DNA of 64,000 bases from Camelus ferus. Taxonomy: Eukaryota. Shown here one piece after another: positions 1 to 14,925 of the stretch. The stretch covers positions 5,086,001 through 5,150,000 of the forward strand of contig NC_045696.1 in the NCBI RefSeq assembly GCF_009834535.1, written 5' to 3'. Under the pieces are notes generated by a model. The model was not told where the DNA came from. It was given only the letters and a program-made list of their open reading frames with translations, and searched no databases. The translations under genes and the position numbers were made by a program. Positions within the stretch are counted from its first letter, which is position 1, and every line of letters begins with the position of its first letter.

Positions 1-1824
1 AGCTCTTCCCCTTATAATGAGAGAAGGAAAATCCAAACTGATTTCAGAACTTCTTGGTCGTCCACATGGAGGACTGCCCTCCCTCAGCTTCTTTCAGTTG
101 ACGAGACCGTGAGCTCAGGGAGGGTAGAGGGCCTATGTTGTTCGTTCGCAATATCCCAGTAGAAGAGCAGTAGATACCTGTTAAATAAATACAGGAGCCA
201 CTTCTCCCATTGTTCACGTTCAGATATGCGTATCTAGAAGGGGCGCCTTTCCTTTGGAGACCTCGGGGCTCCATAAAAAGCCCTACATGACTATATTAGC
301 ATCCTACTTTCTGGCACATACGTAAAACGTACAGATCCTTTTCATAAAACCGTTCATCACTTTTTTGCTTCATTTAGAATACAGTCTACATCTCTCCCCA
401 TGTATCCACTGGATTAGCCCTCTTGGTTTAACCCTGTGATCGGTCGGTCTTTTCCTGGGGTCCTCGGAGTTGGGACCCCATTTCTCTGTCCCAGAGCAGA
501 ACTGCCAGCCTGCCTGCCCAGAGGGTCCCGGCTGGCCCCCCACCCTAAGCAGGCTGTCTTTCTGGCTCCCAGCCTTCAAGTGCAGGGAAAAGATGCTGGC
601 CACCTTTCCAAAGGCTGCTTGGCGCCAAGAGTGTGGGACCCAGGTCTACGCCTGGGCGTGCTGGGAAGACAGGCTGGCTGGGACCCAGCCTAGGAGGGGT
701 GGCTCCATTCAGCCCCAGAGCAAAGGCTGTGCCTCTCAGCTGACTCACCCTGACAGGGTGTAAACTGAACTTGAATGAAGGGCTAAGATCACGGCCAACT
801 CCGTTCATCAGCTGGCAGTCCTTTCGGATGGTTTCCTCTGAAAGCTTCACATTGAGCCTGGATGAACCTGGCATAATGCAAGGTATCTGAGGACAGACAC
901 TTGCATTGTTCTGATTATAAACAAGTTATGAACTGTTAGGTTACAACAGGTTAGAAGGTTAGCATCGTTATTTTTGCCTTGACTGACGGAACGTATTATC
1001 AGAAATGCAAATAGGGGTAATGAGTAGAAACCATGAGGCTGGAACTGAAGCAGCATTTTGGACATTTGCTAGTGACCAGCCGTGGGTCTCTGTTTAGTAC
1101 ACCAACCTCAGGTTTTGTAAGTGGATTGGCTTCTAAAGTTGGGACATTAGGCTAAAAATTGCTTATAGTCAGGATCAAGTTAAATATATTCAATTGTGTA
1201 TCTAGTACACGGCATAATTTAGTGATGAAAACCTACAGTGTCATATATTTATGAATATATGATATTTGCATTGAAAATAAAGTGTGCATGTAAAAGTATA
1301 GCTCGACAGCATTCCATGGCATTATGGGTAAAGTAGGAGCCACGTAAGTTAAATGCATCTACAGCAGGTAAATTACAGATAATAAGAATACTTTGGTACA
1401 GTATGAAAAGTACTGGATTAGACTTCAGCATAATTCAGTATTGCTCCTGTCTCTGCATTTAATAAAAACAATCTTTGTCATGCAGACAAGTAACTTTCTT
1501 TGTCATGCAGACAAGAGACTCTCCTTAAACAGTTTGCAGGCGCAGTGCCGCCGTGCAGTGACGTCGTCACTAGTGTGCACCTGGCAGACACCAGTCCATG
1601 ACCAGAGGCCAGCTGGTGCTCGCACCCCTTGTCCTCCAGTTGAACGGATGCTCGGGTTTTGCCATCCTGGCAAGGAGGGGAGCTGACTCTCATTTCACCC
1701 AAACCCTGGCCTCTCTCTGCCCCTCCTCTCCTCGCCCTCCTCCTCCCCCTTCCCTCCCCGCCCTCGGCCTCCAGCCAGCCAGTGAATCCCACCTGCAGGG
1801 GCCAGTCCACAGCGCTGTGTCCTC

Positions 1825-2161
1825 CAGGGGTCTGCACCCTGGCTCTGTCAGGGGCCAGAGGGCAAATACTCCAGACTTCGGGGCCCAAAGGTCTCTGTCA
1901 CAGCCATGCTCCTCTGCCGCTGTAGCCCCGAAGCAGACATGGCATGTGCGTGCTTAAGTGGGAGCGTCTGGGCTCCAGTACAGCATACTCAGGTCCAGGG
2001 AAATTTGAAGCTCAGATAATTTTCATGTGTCACAAACTATTCTTCTTTTGATTTTTTGCAATTGTTTAAAAATGTAAAAAAAAAAAAGTACAGTTTTAAT
2101 TAAGAGCCATAGAAAAACAAGGACTATCTGACTTGGCCCCAGGACCGTAGTTTGTCAGCTG
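1825..2161 (+). mobile_element. MER58B-like hAT-Charlie DNA transposon relic
   Basis: Starts CAGGGGTC, contains GGGCCAGA..AAATA, GGTCTCTGTC, CTCTGCCGCTGTAGC and TAATTTTCATGTGTCAC, and ends ..CCGTAGTTTGTC. Matches the recalled MER58 consensus. Confidence 0.75.
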
Positions 2162-5100
2162 TGTTTACTAAACCATGATGATACCTGGAGAAGCAGCCAC
2201 AGACAACTGAAACTCATCACAGTAGCTTCCTCTTCACTGGTCCCCTGGGCAGAGATTCAAAGCACCAGCGACCTCTTCCTTGCCTTCTGCACAAGCTTAG
2301 CAGATCTGGGTCAGCTGTGCCCCCGCCCAGATCTCTGTGTCTTTCTGGTGGGTCCCTCTGGCCCTCCGTGGCCACTCTGCCATCCACAGGGACCCCTGTT
2401 CCTTGCAGGGGAGCTACTCCAGGTTGGATGCCCGTTGCACGGGGGGAGCCAGCTCCTTTGGGATCACTCAGCTGCTACTAAATGGCGGCCCCAGCCTAAT
2501 GCTCACAGTCTAGTACACACTGTCTCTTGGCGTCAAAATCAAAACCGCTTTTCCTCTAAACCCTATTACCTGCAGGCTTGGCGGTGCAGGCTGGACCAGT
2601 CTCCCAAACCTCACAGTCTCCAGGTGGATTCTTTCCTGCCTGGGCCTTGGCTGCCTGCCTTGTTGGCCACGGAAACTTCCATAGCCCCCCTCCTCACTCT
2701 CTCCTGCTCTTTCCCTGGTCTGAACCCAGGGCAGAGTCCCTCTCCCTGCCATGTCTCTCTGACTGACCCCACTCCCAGGCTCTGAGACACTGAGCCACCA
2801 CCCTTCTGGCCAAGTCTACTTGGACGTCTCCCCTGGCTTCGCTGGGTTGCAGCAGCCACCCCCCTCTCCTCGCCAGCTCCCTGAGTCAGGACATCTAGAG
2901 GTCTGATGTTAGTGGGGGAAACTCCCGGAGGCCTCGGAGCTGATATGTACGAAGCCAGTCCCGGTCTGCATGTGTGCTGGGAATCCCTCTGTCAGGCCGT
3001 TGGCAGAAGTCATGGGCGAGCCGGCGTGGCTGGCGCGAAGTGCTCTAGGTGGTTACCAGAGAGTGTGATTTGCAAAAGGCAGCAAGATTCAGAACAAGGA
3101 AGGGCCCAGAGTAGCTGTTTGACTAAAGTCTGCTGGTGGGATGGATGAATGAATGAGGGAGTGAATGAAATGGGAGCCACCCTATGGTTTGGAAATTGAA
3201 TAAACGGAGCCCTGTTTTGCAATCATTAACCTCAAGTTCATCCTACAACATTCTCTGAGCCTGTTTCTGAAAGTCCTCGTTTGTGTTCCAAGCCGGTGGA
3301 ACACCCTTGGCTGCCATCTCCTCCTCGGCCGCCAAGTTTGCCTAGAACATGGTGACTGTCAGCTCCAAGTCCACGTTCTTGGCCCCTCGGGACACTGCAG
3401 ACCTTCCAACACTTGGTTACTCATGACTTCTCAGGCTCCTTCGTTCTAAACATGTCTCATTATCGGATCATGTGTCCACTTTTGATTTCCTAACATGTGG
3501 CCTCCTCATTCTTCATGCGTCCCTCAGTGGACACTAACATTGACGGGGAGCCATATGGTGACACATATTGCTTGCACAAGAGCTGCAAGGTTGACAACGT
3601 GCATAGTGCGATGCAACTCAAAGGAGAGAGACCGAAGGAAAATGTGCTTTGAGGCAAGGATGTCAGACGCCTCTCTGTGACCTCTCTCCCTCAAAACCCA
3701 CTGTCCGTTCATCCAGAGAGGCTGCCCGTGGTGGCTGTGGGGCACAGCAGTATTCTGTCCAGCGAGGCAGCTGTCCCCTCCTCCACCCCAGCCCCTCTGT
3801 GCAGCTGTCCCTCTGCTGCTGTGTGACTCCTGGGACCACAGAGGGCCTCCAGCCCTGTCCGCACTCATTCCCTCTGTTCTGCAAAGACACCAGGAAAATA
3901 CATGGGTTATCGGTGACCTAAAAAATCAGGGAATGTGCAGACATTGCTTTTTGGCTAAAGTCCATCCCAGGTGAGGCCAATTCTAAACCTTTTAACGACT
4001 TCCCAGTGATAACAGCGGTCCTTGGACTTGAGCGTGTACCAGAATCCCAGGGGGCTTGTTGAAACACGAGCCCCCAGCCCGCCCCCCCCCCCCTGCAGCC
4101 AGCCTGTATTCCCGCTTCAGGAGGTCTGGGCAGGGCCCAGCTTTTCCCCAGTTTCCCTACACCCTTGCCTTCCCCCCGCCCCCGATGATCCCCACACACA
4201 CCTCCCCAAAGTGTCACTGCGGGCTGCTCTGCATTCCCAGGTCATCTCTCAGCGCAGCTGTGGACACTGACTGGTTTCCTATAGTGCTGCCCCCACTTGG
4301 AAAAGGAAGCCGTCCCTTTTCCCTTCCATCGTCCCCTGGGCAAACCTTCCGCCCTGCAAGCACCAGACTCTAATCATGGATTCACCGTAGGTCTCCCCTA
4401 CACACGATGCCTTGGATAGAACAGGCACCAGCTCCTGGCTGTTCACTTTAATGCATCCGTTCCCTGAGCAAGTTATTGAGTTTATGCTCTTTATATTGGG
4501 GAGCATGGAAGGGGGTGCTGGAGGAAGCACACAGAGATGAAAAAGACAGCCCCCCACCTCTGTAATAAAAGGGAAATGAGAACAGGTTACATTTGCAGTG
4601 AATCTGGAGAAATCTAAAAGGAAATGTTTCAAATCATCGTTCAACCAAGTCAGTCAACGTGCCGGAGTGAAGCAGTGTTCTTGGAGTGCAGAGTCCTGCC
4701 GGGGAGGCGTGGGCTCCCCGGGTCAGCAGACGGAGCCTGACACTGAGCAAAGTCCATTCGCCAGCAGTGGGAAGGGGGAGGGGAGCGTGCCGGAAACAAG
4801 GCCTGGCTGGTGGTTTTCTGCAGAAGAGATGCCTGTTCTAATCACTCACATCCACACGGGTGCTGTGAGCATTTGCTCACCCCTGCTTTTACCATCTCTG
4901 TAAAGAGCGAAGAATCTGCCATGGGCAGCTTGCAGGCTGATTTGGGTGGACACAAAAAATACAGGCACTTGCAAACCGCACAAATAAATTGACACGGGGT
5001 TCCTGTTGTCATGGAGACCAAAAGAGACAGTGGCTTAAAGGAAGCAGGGGGTGGGGAGGGATTTGGAGGCTGGAGAAAGGGCTCCTGGAAGGATGAAAGA

Positions 5101-5573
5101 AGGCTGTTTAGGGAGACCACAGGAGAAAAAAAATGTCAGGACTGGAAGCGGGGAGAGAGAGTCACAGATGGCAGATAATGAGACAGATGAAAAGGAGTCA
5201 GGATCATCACTGGATGCAAAGGCGAAGGGAAGCAAGAGTAAAATTCAACATGGAAAACAGTGACTCCTTCCATGAGAAACACAACAGTGAATAGGGAAGG
5301 CCTTCTCTTCGAACTGTAGTGCATTTGAAGGAATTTGAGAAAAGGTAAAAACAGAGCACTCACATATCAAAGCGATCTGTCAATAAGGACGTCTTCCTGC
5401 ATGGGAAGGGACTCAGATGGCTGAATTCTTGACTGTGGAGTGAAGGGAGCCCTCCTTCACTTTAGTTTCTTTCTTTCTTTCTTTCTTTTTCTAATCACTA
5501 TTTTCCCAGTCTTCCTTTAACATGTATGAAGAGGTCTGGTTGCCAGGTGAGATTTGCTGTAAGTCTTTAGGTC

Positions 5574-6119
5574 TGAGACAGGAGGGAAGGGGCAGGGCAC
5601 AGGCATTAAACGAATGACACAGCAATTGAGGACAAGACATAAACTGGTTAGAACCAGCTCAGCCTGAGACGGTGGAGGATCTGACTTCCAGAGGAACTTG
5701 AGTCGCATTTTAGGTTCATTGTAAGGTATTAGCTGCTACATGACACACCCACAGGCACCATGACATTTCCAAACCTGGCCATGAAAGGCCAAAAAGTAGG
5801 CGGCAGCCCAAATCCTGGCGATCCCCACCCCTTCCCCAAAACAGTTGGAATAATCCTCCTGCTTGTCAGCATATGAAGTCATGCAGCCCATACGAGCCGT
5901 CCCCATGCTCTGGGGCTGATCTCCACTTCCTAGCTGACCCCATGCGCTGGGGCCACCTCTTGCCTGTTGAGACAGCCCACGCTCTGTCTGTGGAGTGCGT
6001 GTCTCCTTGAATAAACTTACCTTCCTTTTACTGTGCCTCGCTCTTAAATGCTTCCCTGTGTAAGACAGGGACTTATTCTCCAGCAAAAGGTTCACCTTCC
6101 GCGGTCCTTACTGTAAACA
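5574..6119 (+). mobile_element. MER41-like ERV1 solo LTR
   Basis: TG start; CATGACACACCCACAGGCACCATGACA, GAATAATCC..CTTGTCAGCATAT and AATAAACTT poly(A) signal as in MER41-family LTRs. 3' boundary uncertain, no clear TSD. Confidence 0.65.
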
Positions 6120-6903
6120 CATGTACCCCCCTGGCTGGCTGCGCAAGTGAAACGACTCTCTGGAACCCTTGTTTTAAACAGGAAACAAAGGTGGACGACA
6201 GTGTCCAAACCAATTGGCCCTTCAAAGCTAGTTTCTTCCCTGACGGGGCCTGGGAGATGAAACCGACCCTCCAAACCCTGCCTGGGTCTCGTCCTCATGG
6301 GCAGGCCACCACGCTTATGAGAGCAGAGGAGCCAGCTCTCAACTTGAATCCACATGCACAAAATATGGCAGAAAACTTAATAAACAAAAATCACCTTCGT
6401 GTCACTCTAGAATTAGTAGGACTAACATTTAGTTCTAAGAAAAATGTAAAAGATGTTCTATTTATTTTGTACAAAATATCTAAACTGAGCAGAACGAAAC
6501 CCCCTGTGGTTTCTAAACTATGTAACCTAGTCAAAGTGTGTGTTCACCCGGGGAGAAGAAGGGCCAAAAGAAGATTCCTCCACCTACCTGCGCAGTCAGA
6601 TCCCAGGCGCGATTAATCCCCCCAAGCCCCGGAAGGTGGGAGTCAGCAAGCAGGTCCCACTGCTTGTAGAAGATTCAGCTAAAGTGGGTGCCGTGTGTAA
6701 ACAGTTTCTTGTGGGCTTTTGCCTTCACCCCGTCCACCTCCTTCCTGACCTGGCTCCGTGGCCCTGTTCTGTGATCCTGACTTGGTATCTTATAAGGGGA
6801 GGCTTAAATTGTCACAGGGAAGCCCACTGAAAAATGAGAGTAATTTTCAAAATTAAAAAAATCCGTTATGTTTGGATGATGGTATTTAACAGTAAAAAAC
6901 TAT

Positions 6904-7136
6904 AGATTCAGAGCAGTAGATTAGGAGTTTGGTATTAACAGGTTCACATTACTATATATAAAACAGATAAACAACAGGGACCTACTGTATCGCACAGGGA
7001 GCTGTATTCAATCTCTTGTAAAGAGCCGTAATGGAAAAGAGACTGAAAAAAATATACATGTATATGTGTATATGTATAATTGAATCACTGCTGTACACTT
7101 GAAACTAACGTTGTACACTGACTACACTTCATTTAA
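6904..7136 (+). mobile_element. 5'-truncated L1 (3' UTR end) with target-site duplication
   Basis: Cetartiodactyl-type L1 3' end (ATAAACAACAGGGACCTACTGTAT..CACAGGGA; GAATCACTGCTGTACAC..GAAACTAAC) with an A tail. Flanked by AAAAAACTAT at 6894-6903 and 7137-7146. Confidence 0.75.
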
Positions 7137-8559
7137 AAAAAACTATGCAAACTGGTAGAAATATCTTTGTTTTCTATTTGTCTTATCTGTGACTTTGGGA
7201 AGGAAATTAATTTTGTTAATTAATTAAATGATACAAATGCAATTCAGTGGTTGAGATAAATCAAATTCCAGGTAATGGAATTCTCAAAATCTGAACTCTT
7301 TCAATCTAATTTGAAAGCAAAGTGAAAAGTTACAGTTCATCGATGCAGAAACAGGTGCAGAGACGTTAGCTCATCATAAGGTATGAGCTCTTCCGTCAAG
7401 GTCTGACTGCGCCAACCTGACTTCGGAAGTGACGGTTTATAGGACGACCTCCCTGGCATCTATTAGCATCGTGTGAGTGCATGGATTAGATGGGTTGCTG
7501 AGAAGAGCAAGTGGGATCCAAGACGGCCAGAAGTGAGGGAACATGCTTGAAAAAACAGAAATGTAATTTGGCTGCTCTTGTATAACGCGGACAACGCCTA
7601 AAGACAGCTGGAGACATCTCATTCCCTTGGGAGGCTGGCGTAGTGAGCAGTCCACAAATGACTGCTGGACTCATTCATGCTGCTGTCCGCTCACAGAGTT
7701 CTTCTGGCCGGGCATCCAGGACCAGCCCCCAACAGTCCGCCTTGTCTGTTCTCTGCCAGTCCCCACTGCTGTTGGTCCAGCACACTCAGTCCATTCTGGC
7801 CACTCTGTGTCTCCCACCCAGCAGCCTCGCCTCCCCTCGCCTCCCCTGGAGCCCTGGCCACCCTTCCAGGGTCCCTCGACCGGCCTCTCTGCCTGCGCCA
7901 GGCCACTCCCATTTCACCAGTTTTTGGAAGCCTGCTGGTCTTCACCGTCTAGTCACACACACTTGGATGCACTTGGATGCTTCAGATTTCTCTACAGTTT
8001 CCCACGTGTTTATTTCCTCTTTCCAACTGGATTGTAAGCATTTTCAGGGCTGAGAAAGCTTTTCAGAGCCCTAAGAGACCTTAATCCACGGTTTGCACTG
8101 AAATACACACACGCACGTGCACATGTATACACATATATGCTCACATGCATGTACACAGACATAATACACATACACATACACATACACCTGCTGATTTCCT
8201 GAAAGTCTACAACACCTTTATTATTTTAGAGCATCGCTTCGATGTTGCTCTCATAACAGACTTGAAAAATTCTGGATTCTTAAAAAAGTCCAACCTATCA
8301 GTGAAAACGGTTCTGCCTTCCACTCAGCGACCCCTTACCCTCGGCAGAGAGACGCTAAATACAGCCTCAGCTCGCTCAGCTAAAGTCGACCTAAAATTAT
8401 TCCAGAATGACTCACCTGAATCAAAGAGGTTTGCCTTCCTGGGGACTCCCTTCACAGCCGGCTTTCAACCTGGAAACACCTTTATTCTGGGATATTCCAC
8501 TAGAGTGTAAGCTCTGCGAGGGCAGGGACCTTAAAGCAAAAGATCCCTTCAGTCCCCCA

Positions 8560-9462
<903 letters not shown>

Positions 9463-9566
9463 TAACAAAATTTAACAAGATACAGGAGTAGGTTAGTATC
9501 CTAAAATTCCTCTTTTAAGGGCAGTTTTTGCTTGTTCTAGTACAGATGCACCTTAACTGCTTGTCA

Positions 9567-9788
9567 AAATTGAGATTTGCAAATGTTAACCACCATACAC
9601 AAACATAGATAAAAAACAAATATCTTCTGTGTAGCACAGGGAGCCACGTTCGACATTCTGCAACAACTTTAATGAAAAAGAACGTGGGAGCGAATGCCTG
9701 CATATACATATGCACGCCTGGAACACCATGCTGTATACCGGAAACTGGCACATTGTAACTGACTATACTTCAATCAAAAAAAAAAAAG
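9567..9788 (+). mobile_element. L1 3' UTR fragment with poly(A) tail
   Basis: CTTCTGTGTAGCACAGGGA...CATTGTAACTGACTATACTTCAAT followed by an A run. Related to the 6904-7136 copy. Confidence 0.7.
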
Positions 9789-10234
9789 ATTTCCAGGTTT
9801 TGATTCTGATGAGCTGAAGCAGAAGCCCCAGGGGAGGGACCTGAAGTCTCATCTTTCAAAAAAGTACCCCAGGCAGTTTCATCCTGGACACATCTTGATT
9901 GCAAAGCCAAATCCGCCCCCTTTTCAGCATCTTTCTCTGTCATTTCCTGCACGAGGGCTGGGCTTTTCCCAAGTGAAACCAAGGCTCTCCCTGTGACTGC
10001 AGCAGTCCGGCCAGAATGTAGAAATCTGATTTTCTAAGAACTTTTTGAATTTCTCACAAATTTATGTTAAGGAGGATTCTTTCTTTCTCCCTCCCTCCTT
10101 TTTTTCTCTTCCTTTCCCTCCCCTCCCCCTCCTCCTTCCCTCTCCTCTCCTCTCCTGTTGCTTTCTACTTTCAAGTGTTCTAAGACCAGAGAGCAGGCAT
10201 GAGTAGGCTTCCTGGAGCAAATCTCACGGTGACC

Positions 10235-10253
10235 GAGCGCCCCCTAGTGGCCC
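10235..10253 (-). promoter_or_regulatory. CTCF core motif
   Basis: Minus strand reads GGGCCACTAGGGGGCGCTC versus consensus TGGCCAC(C/T)AGGGGGCGCTA. All core positions match. Confidence 0.7.
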
Positions 10254-11200
10254 AGTCATTAACGTATCCTTCCACCGTGACACGCAACCTGAAAGCTCAT
10301 ATTCCCAAGGGTGCTTGAAAAGAGCCCAGAAGCACAGTCCTTCAGGTGCAGAGGTCAGATACTGGGTCAGATGCAGCCGTAAGTGGTAGGTTTTCTGGCA
10401 GCAAGCTTGCAGGTCAACCAGTTGCCTCTTGTGCAACTAGTCACTTGGTCCTGAGCTTGAGAACACATGCGGTGATTTGCATCTATAATTTCTGACCATT
10501 TTTACAGGGAAAGACGTCCTAGATAACCAGAAACCTGAAGTCCAGGGTTTTCTTTCCATCTTGACGATCTTGGCAGCTGTGGTTAAATACGCCACTCGGT
10601 TTTAGCTTTGATGCCAGTTTTCCATTGATGTTTGTGCCTCAGTCACTGTTTCGCCCCCTCTCCCAGCCAGAGTTTACGGTTTACATAAACTCGACGTGAA
10701 GAATATCTCAGATATTCTCTAGCCTCTCTCCTGGTCCGTTTTCTCTCTCTCCTCTGATGAACGCTGTAGTATTGAGAGGGGGCCAGCTGGAGAGGTGGCG
10801 GCAGGTGCGGCTGCCTGTCTGCTTTGTAGTGCTTTCAGTAGCTGGATTTTCAGTTTACCTGCCAAAGGGGGGGCGCTGTGTAAAGGACATGTAACTTAAA
10901 ACAGAAGTTTGCGAGAGTCATGGGGCATAAACCAGGCCAGCAGTGCCCTTTCCTCACGCAGTAAGATCAGAAATGTTCGCAGCTCCTTAAGGCCAGCTCG
11001 ACCTCCTTAAAAGTGAAGCAGTTTTTCTGGAAGGAGAGACAGGAGGTCTGTGCGGACAGAAGCACAGATTCCTCGCACTTTACCGAATGACCATAATACT
11101 TACATAGGGAAACGGTGCTCTTTTTTTTTTTTTTCTCACTTACTTTTGAGAATTGAGTGCAAGTTTTTTCTTTTGCTTACACACTGAAATATGAGACTAA

Positions 11201-11443
<243 letters not shown>

Positions 11444-13592
11444 TGAGTTTGCCCCGAAGGATGAGCAATAGAATTTGCAGAGCCCCCCTCCCAGCCCCCC
11501 ACCGTGGGATTCAGCACAGGATGGGCACGTCTTTATCCGTGGATGCTTTCCTTCTCCCCCTCATCACTCTGTTCTTACCTCTCATCTGACATTTAAACAA
11601 GTGTGTACAGCTCTTGAAACCATCATCTACCTTCAAAGCAATTTGAAGGATGGGAGGGGCTGGCACTGGGGAATCCAGGAATAGATGTGTTTTCGTAATT
11701 ATGGGTATCTATGTCAAGCCTCTGCAGGCAGCACCAAAACCTTGATCTGTATCTAGAAGGTTCTACGTGATGCGTATCCTAAAAGGCTGACCTCTTCCTG
11801 CTCCCCGGGAGGACTCAGCAGGGAAACGCCTTAAGCTCCTGCAGTTGAGCCACGACAGAGTGGGGAGGAGGAAGCCAGGACCGTGAGAGGAGTATTATGA
11901 CTCCCCGTGAGGAGCCGTTTCCCCCCAGACCTGCCATGTCTGTCTCCTCCTTTTTCTTTTTGTCTTTCCTCTCTCCCTTCATTCTTCCTGTTTCTTTGTG
12001 TTCAGTTTTTCTTTTCAAGCTGTAGGACAAAACTCTCCTGTTTGGGGACAAGACTTTGCATGAGAGAGTGTCAGCTCAAGGGGCAGAGACTGGGGCTCGA
12101 AGCATCTTGGGGAGAACACATCTCCGTGTCTCTGCTTTTGGGGGGTGGACGTTGCTGAGCCAGGTGGAGCCCCCCTCCGGGAGCACCCTGGGCCCACCTG
12201 CACTACAGCCCCAGTAAGGTAGGGCCGCCAAGGGCTGCTCTCTGCTGGTGGCCCAAGACTCTCAGGCAGCCGGCACCTTCCCCTGGCCCCCTTCAAGCTC
12301 CTCCCGCCCCCCCCCACATCCCCCGTCTGGGGCTTCTCCCAGGCCTCCCGACTGCACGTCCCTCCTGGGGCAGCTGCCCTCTGAGTCCGAGCCAGCACAG
12401 CCCAGGCCCCAAGGGCACTGCCACCCCTGCCTAGGCCCACGTGGGCCTGCTCTGCCAGTCAGGTGGCTGTCTCCATCCAGGTAGACAGAGCACAGCGGAC
12501 CTCGGAGGCTGCAGGGGTGCCACTCTTGGTGCCAGGATACAGGCAGGAAGACACGTTGGCAAATTCAGCTCAATTTCTAGGTCAGTAGCAGAGTCCGAGG
12601 CTTAGCTGTCTGTGCCTGTAACCAGACGTGCTTCTCCGCACGGAGGACCTGACCTCTTGCATGCAGCACTTTGCACGGCACCGCCAGTGGGAGACGTTCT
12701 AATTCGTCTGCTGGACCCGGAGCAGACATGTTATCTGAGCATCTTCTCCATGCTAAGTGCATGCTGGATGCTGAGGACGCAGTGTCCGCCCCGTTGGATG
12801 TGCGGAAGGATGTAGGGAAAACAGAACCGCGAGCCACGCAGCGCACCGCCCGCCCACGGTGGGACGGAGTCAGGCGGGTGACTCACTGCCCCTCCTCCTC
12901 CCAAAAGAGAGATTTAAAAATCCCCACTGATGTAAAATATAAAGCAATGAAAATGTGCAAATTATCTGTTTTACTGACACAGTACCATGAGATACCATGC
13001 AGACTTGTTCTGGTTTCTAATCCTCCTTTTGAACGAGATGAAATGTACTCACCTAAAGGTCACGTTACACTACAGTCACTCCTTTTTTCTTCTTGTTGGA
13101 AATATTCCCACAATCCAGTGGTGACTTCATCTTATTTTCACGTTTCACTCGTAGCTCCTTAGTTCTTCGATGGAGGATGTGTTAACGTGGTTCAGTCAAC
13201 TTTACACTTTTAAAGCTTTAAAAACTTGAATATTTAAAAATATAAAAGTCTTTAAGTAAAGAATGCTGGGAAAGGCAAACAGTTCCTAAAGACACTTGTA
13301 CTCACTGTATTCAGGTCAAAGTGATGAGCTTAAGGCCTAAAGTAGAAGTTCTATGCTCCGTCTCCGAAAGATAAGAAAAAACCCTCAGAAACATAAAAAA
13401 ACATAAACCTGCTTACGAACAATCACTCCCTGTCTGCTGCTTCCTCTGAGAGGTGACATGACACGAGCAGGCAATTTCATGGCATGACTGGATGCTTTGC
13501 ACAAACTCCTCAGGCTGTGGCCCCAAGATTCCCACAGACACAGACTACAGAGTGATTGTGTAAGGAACTATCTCCACTAGCCTTGAGAACAT

Positions 13593-13642
13593 CACACACA
13601 CACACACACACACGCACGCACACACGCACAGACACACACACG
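13593..13642. repeat. (CA)n microsatellite with CG interruptions
   Basis: cacacacacacacacacacacgcacgcacacacgcacagacacacacacg seen directly. Confidence 0.9.
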
Positions 13643-14779
13643 TAGGCTGGGAAGGAAAGATTATTCTACCTCTGTGATTAGCAGTTGCCTGAAATACTTT
13701 GTTAATGTGATCAGATAAAACAAAATCGGTTAGGATATCTGACAGGGCAGGTTACATACACAAGATGTTGGTGAAATTTCTGAGTATCTTAGCATCATCT
13801 GTAAATTAAATAATTTTTAAGTCCTGACAGAAGCAGTGAGTCAGAGATGGCTAGGAAGAGGGCACACTGTAGAAACTCACCATTTCCATCGCAATTGGAG
13901 GTACTTTTCATCCTCTCTGTCTTTCTTCAAGACAAAAATGACAGATTCTGAATCAAAGCAACATTTAGGTGCCAACCGGGGATTCTGCTGCCGTGGCGGC
14001 AGGCTTTGGAAAAAAGTTATTTCTACCCCTATTCTGATTTCTTCCTTAAACCCATTTAAGAGTAAGAGAGGGTATAAATAAACACATAAAATTATATTGT
14101 TTTAAAATACAAAGTTAAAAAAACTTTTTGTAATTTAAATAGTATGATTTCTAAATTTATTCATTCTTCTTATTTTTATAAACCATCTGCTGTGGCTTCC
14201 AAATGGTGGCCCCTAAAGGTCTGCCACCTGCTGGCCTCCCCCAGAAGACACTAGGCCACAGACATCTTTGGGGGGCTGCCCCCTTGCCCTGCTCTCTTCC
14301 CCCAGCGAAGCATCTTGCCCCCAGAACTTGCCCCCTGTCTGCTCCAGGTGGGAACCTTTGGCTGGTGCCGGGGTCTGGGGCTGAGTCTGTGGCTCACTCA
14401 TCTCTCTTGGACCCATTTCTTCACTCCTCTCCCAACCCTCGTCACACACAGGGGTCCCTGACTTCACAGGACAAGCCTTGGCTACCCACTGCGTTAAATT
14501 CGACTTTTCTGCTGTGTCCACGTCAACCCTGATCCTTTTGATGACTAAAAGCCGAAACAGACACAGTCGTCATAATCACAACACAGGGGGCCGTTCATCT
14601 CTGAGCTTATGTGCCCTGTGCTATAAGGACCAGGGAATCGAAAAACAGCAGGAGGAGAAAGCCAGACCAGCAGAAGCCTGTTTCATCTGGCCCCGGTGGC
14701 AGTTCCACCGGGCGACAACAGCGCATGGCTGAGATCGTGGACTGGGGACACGTGGCCAGCCCTGTGGCTCCATGGCCCG

Positions 14780-14925
14780 TGCTGGGATCCGTGACCTCGG
14801 GCAAGATAATGGAGCCTCTCTCTGCCTCAGTTTCCTCACCTATAAGAGGAATGGGTTGTGGAGAGCAGAGGATGGTTGAGCGGGATAAATGAGTTAAGGT
14901 GTGTGCCCAGAACAGGGCTGGCACC
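14780..14925 (+). mobile_element. MIR SINE fragment
   Basis: GTGACCTCGGGCAAG..CTCTCTGCCTCAGTTTCCTCACCTATAA, the MIR core. Confidence 0.7.

Noticed and set aside
5574..6119. MER41-like LTR as an interferon/STAT1 enhancer
   Set aside because: I found no canonical GAS motif (TTCnnnGAA) in this copy; the nearest is TTCCAGAGGAA, which has a 5-nt spacer.
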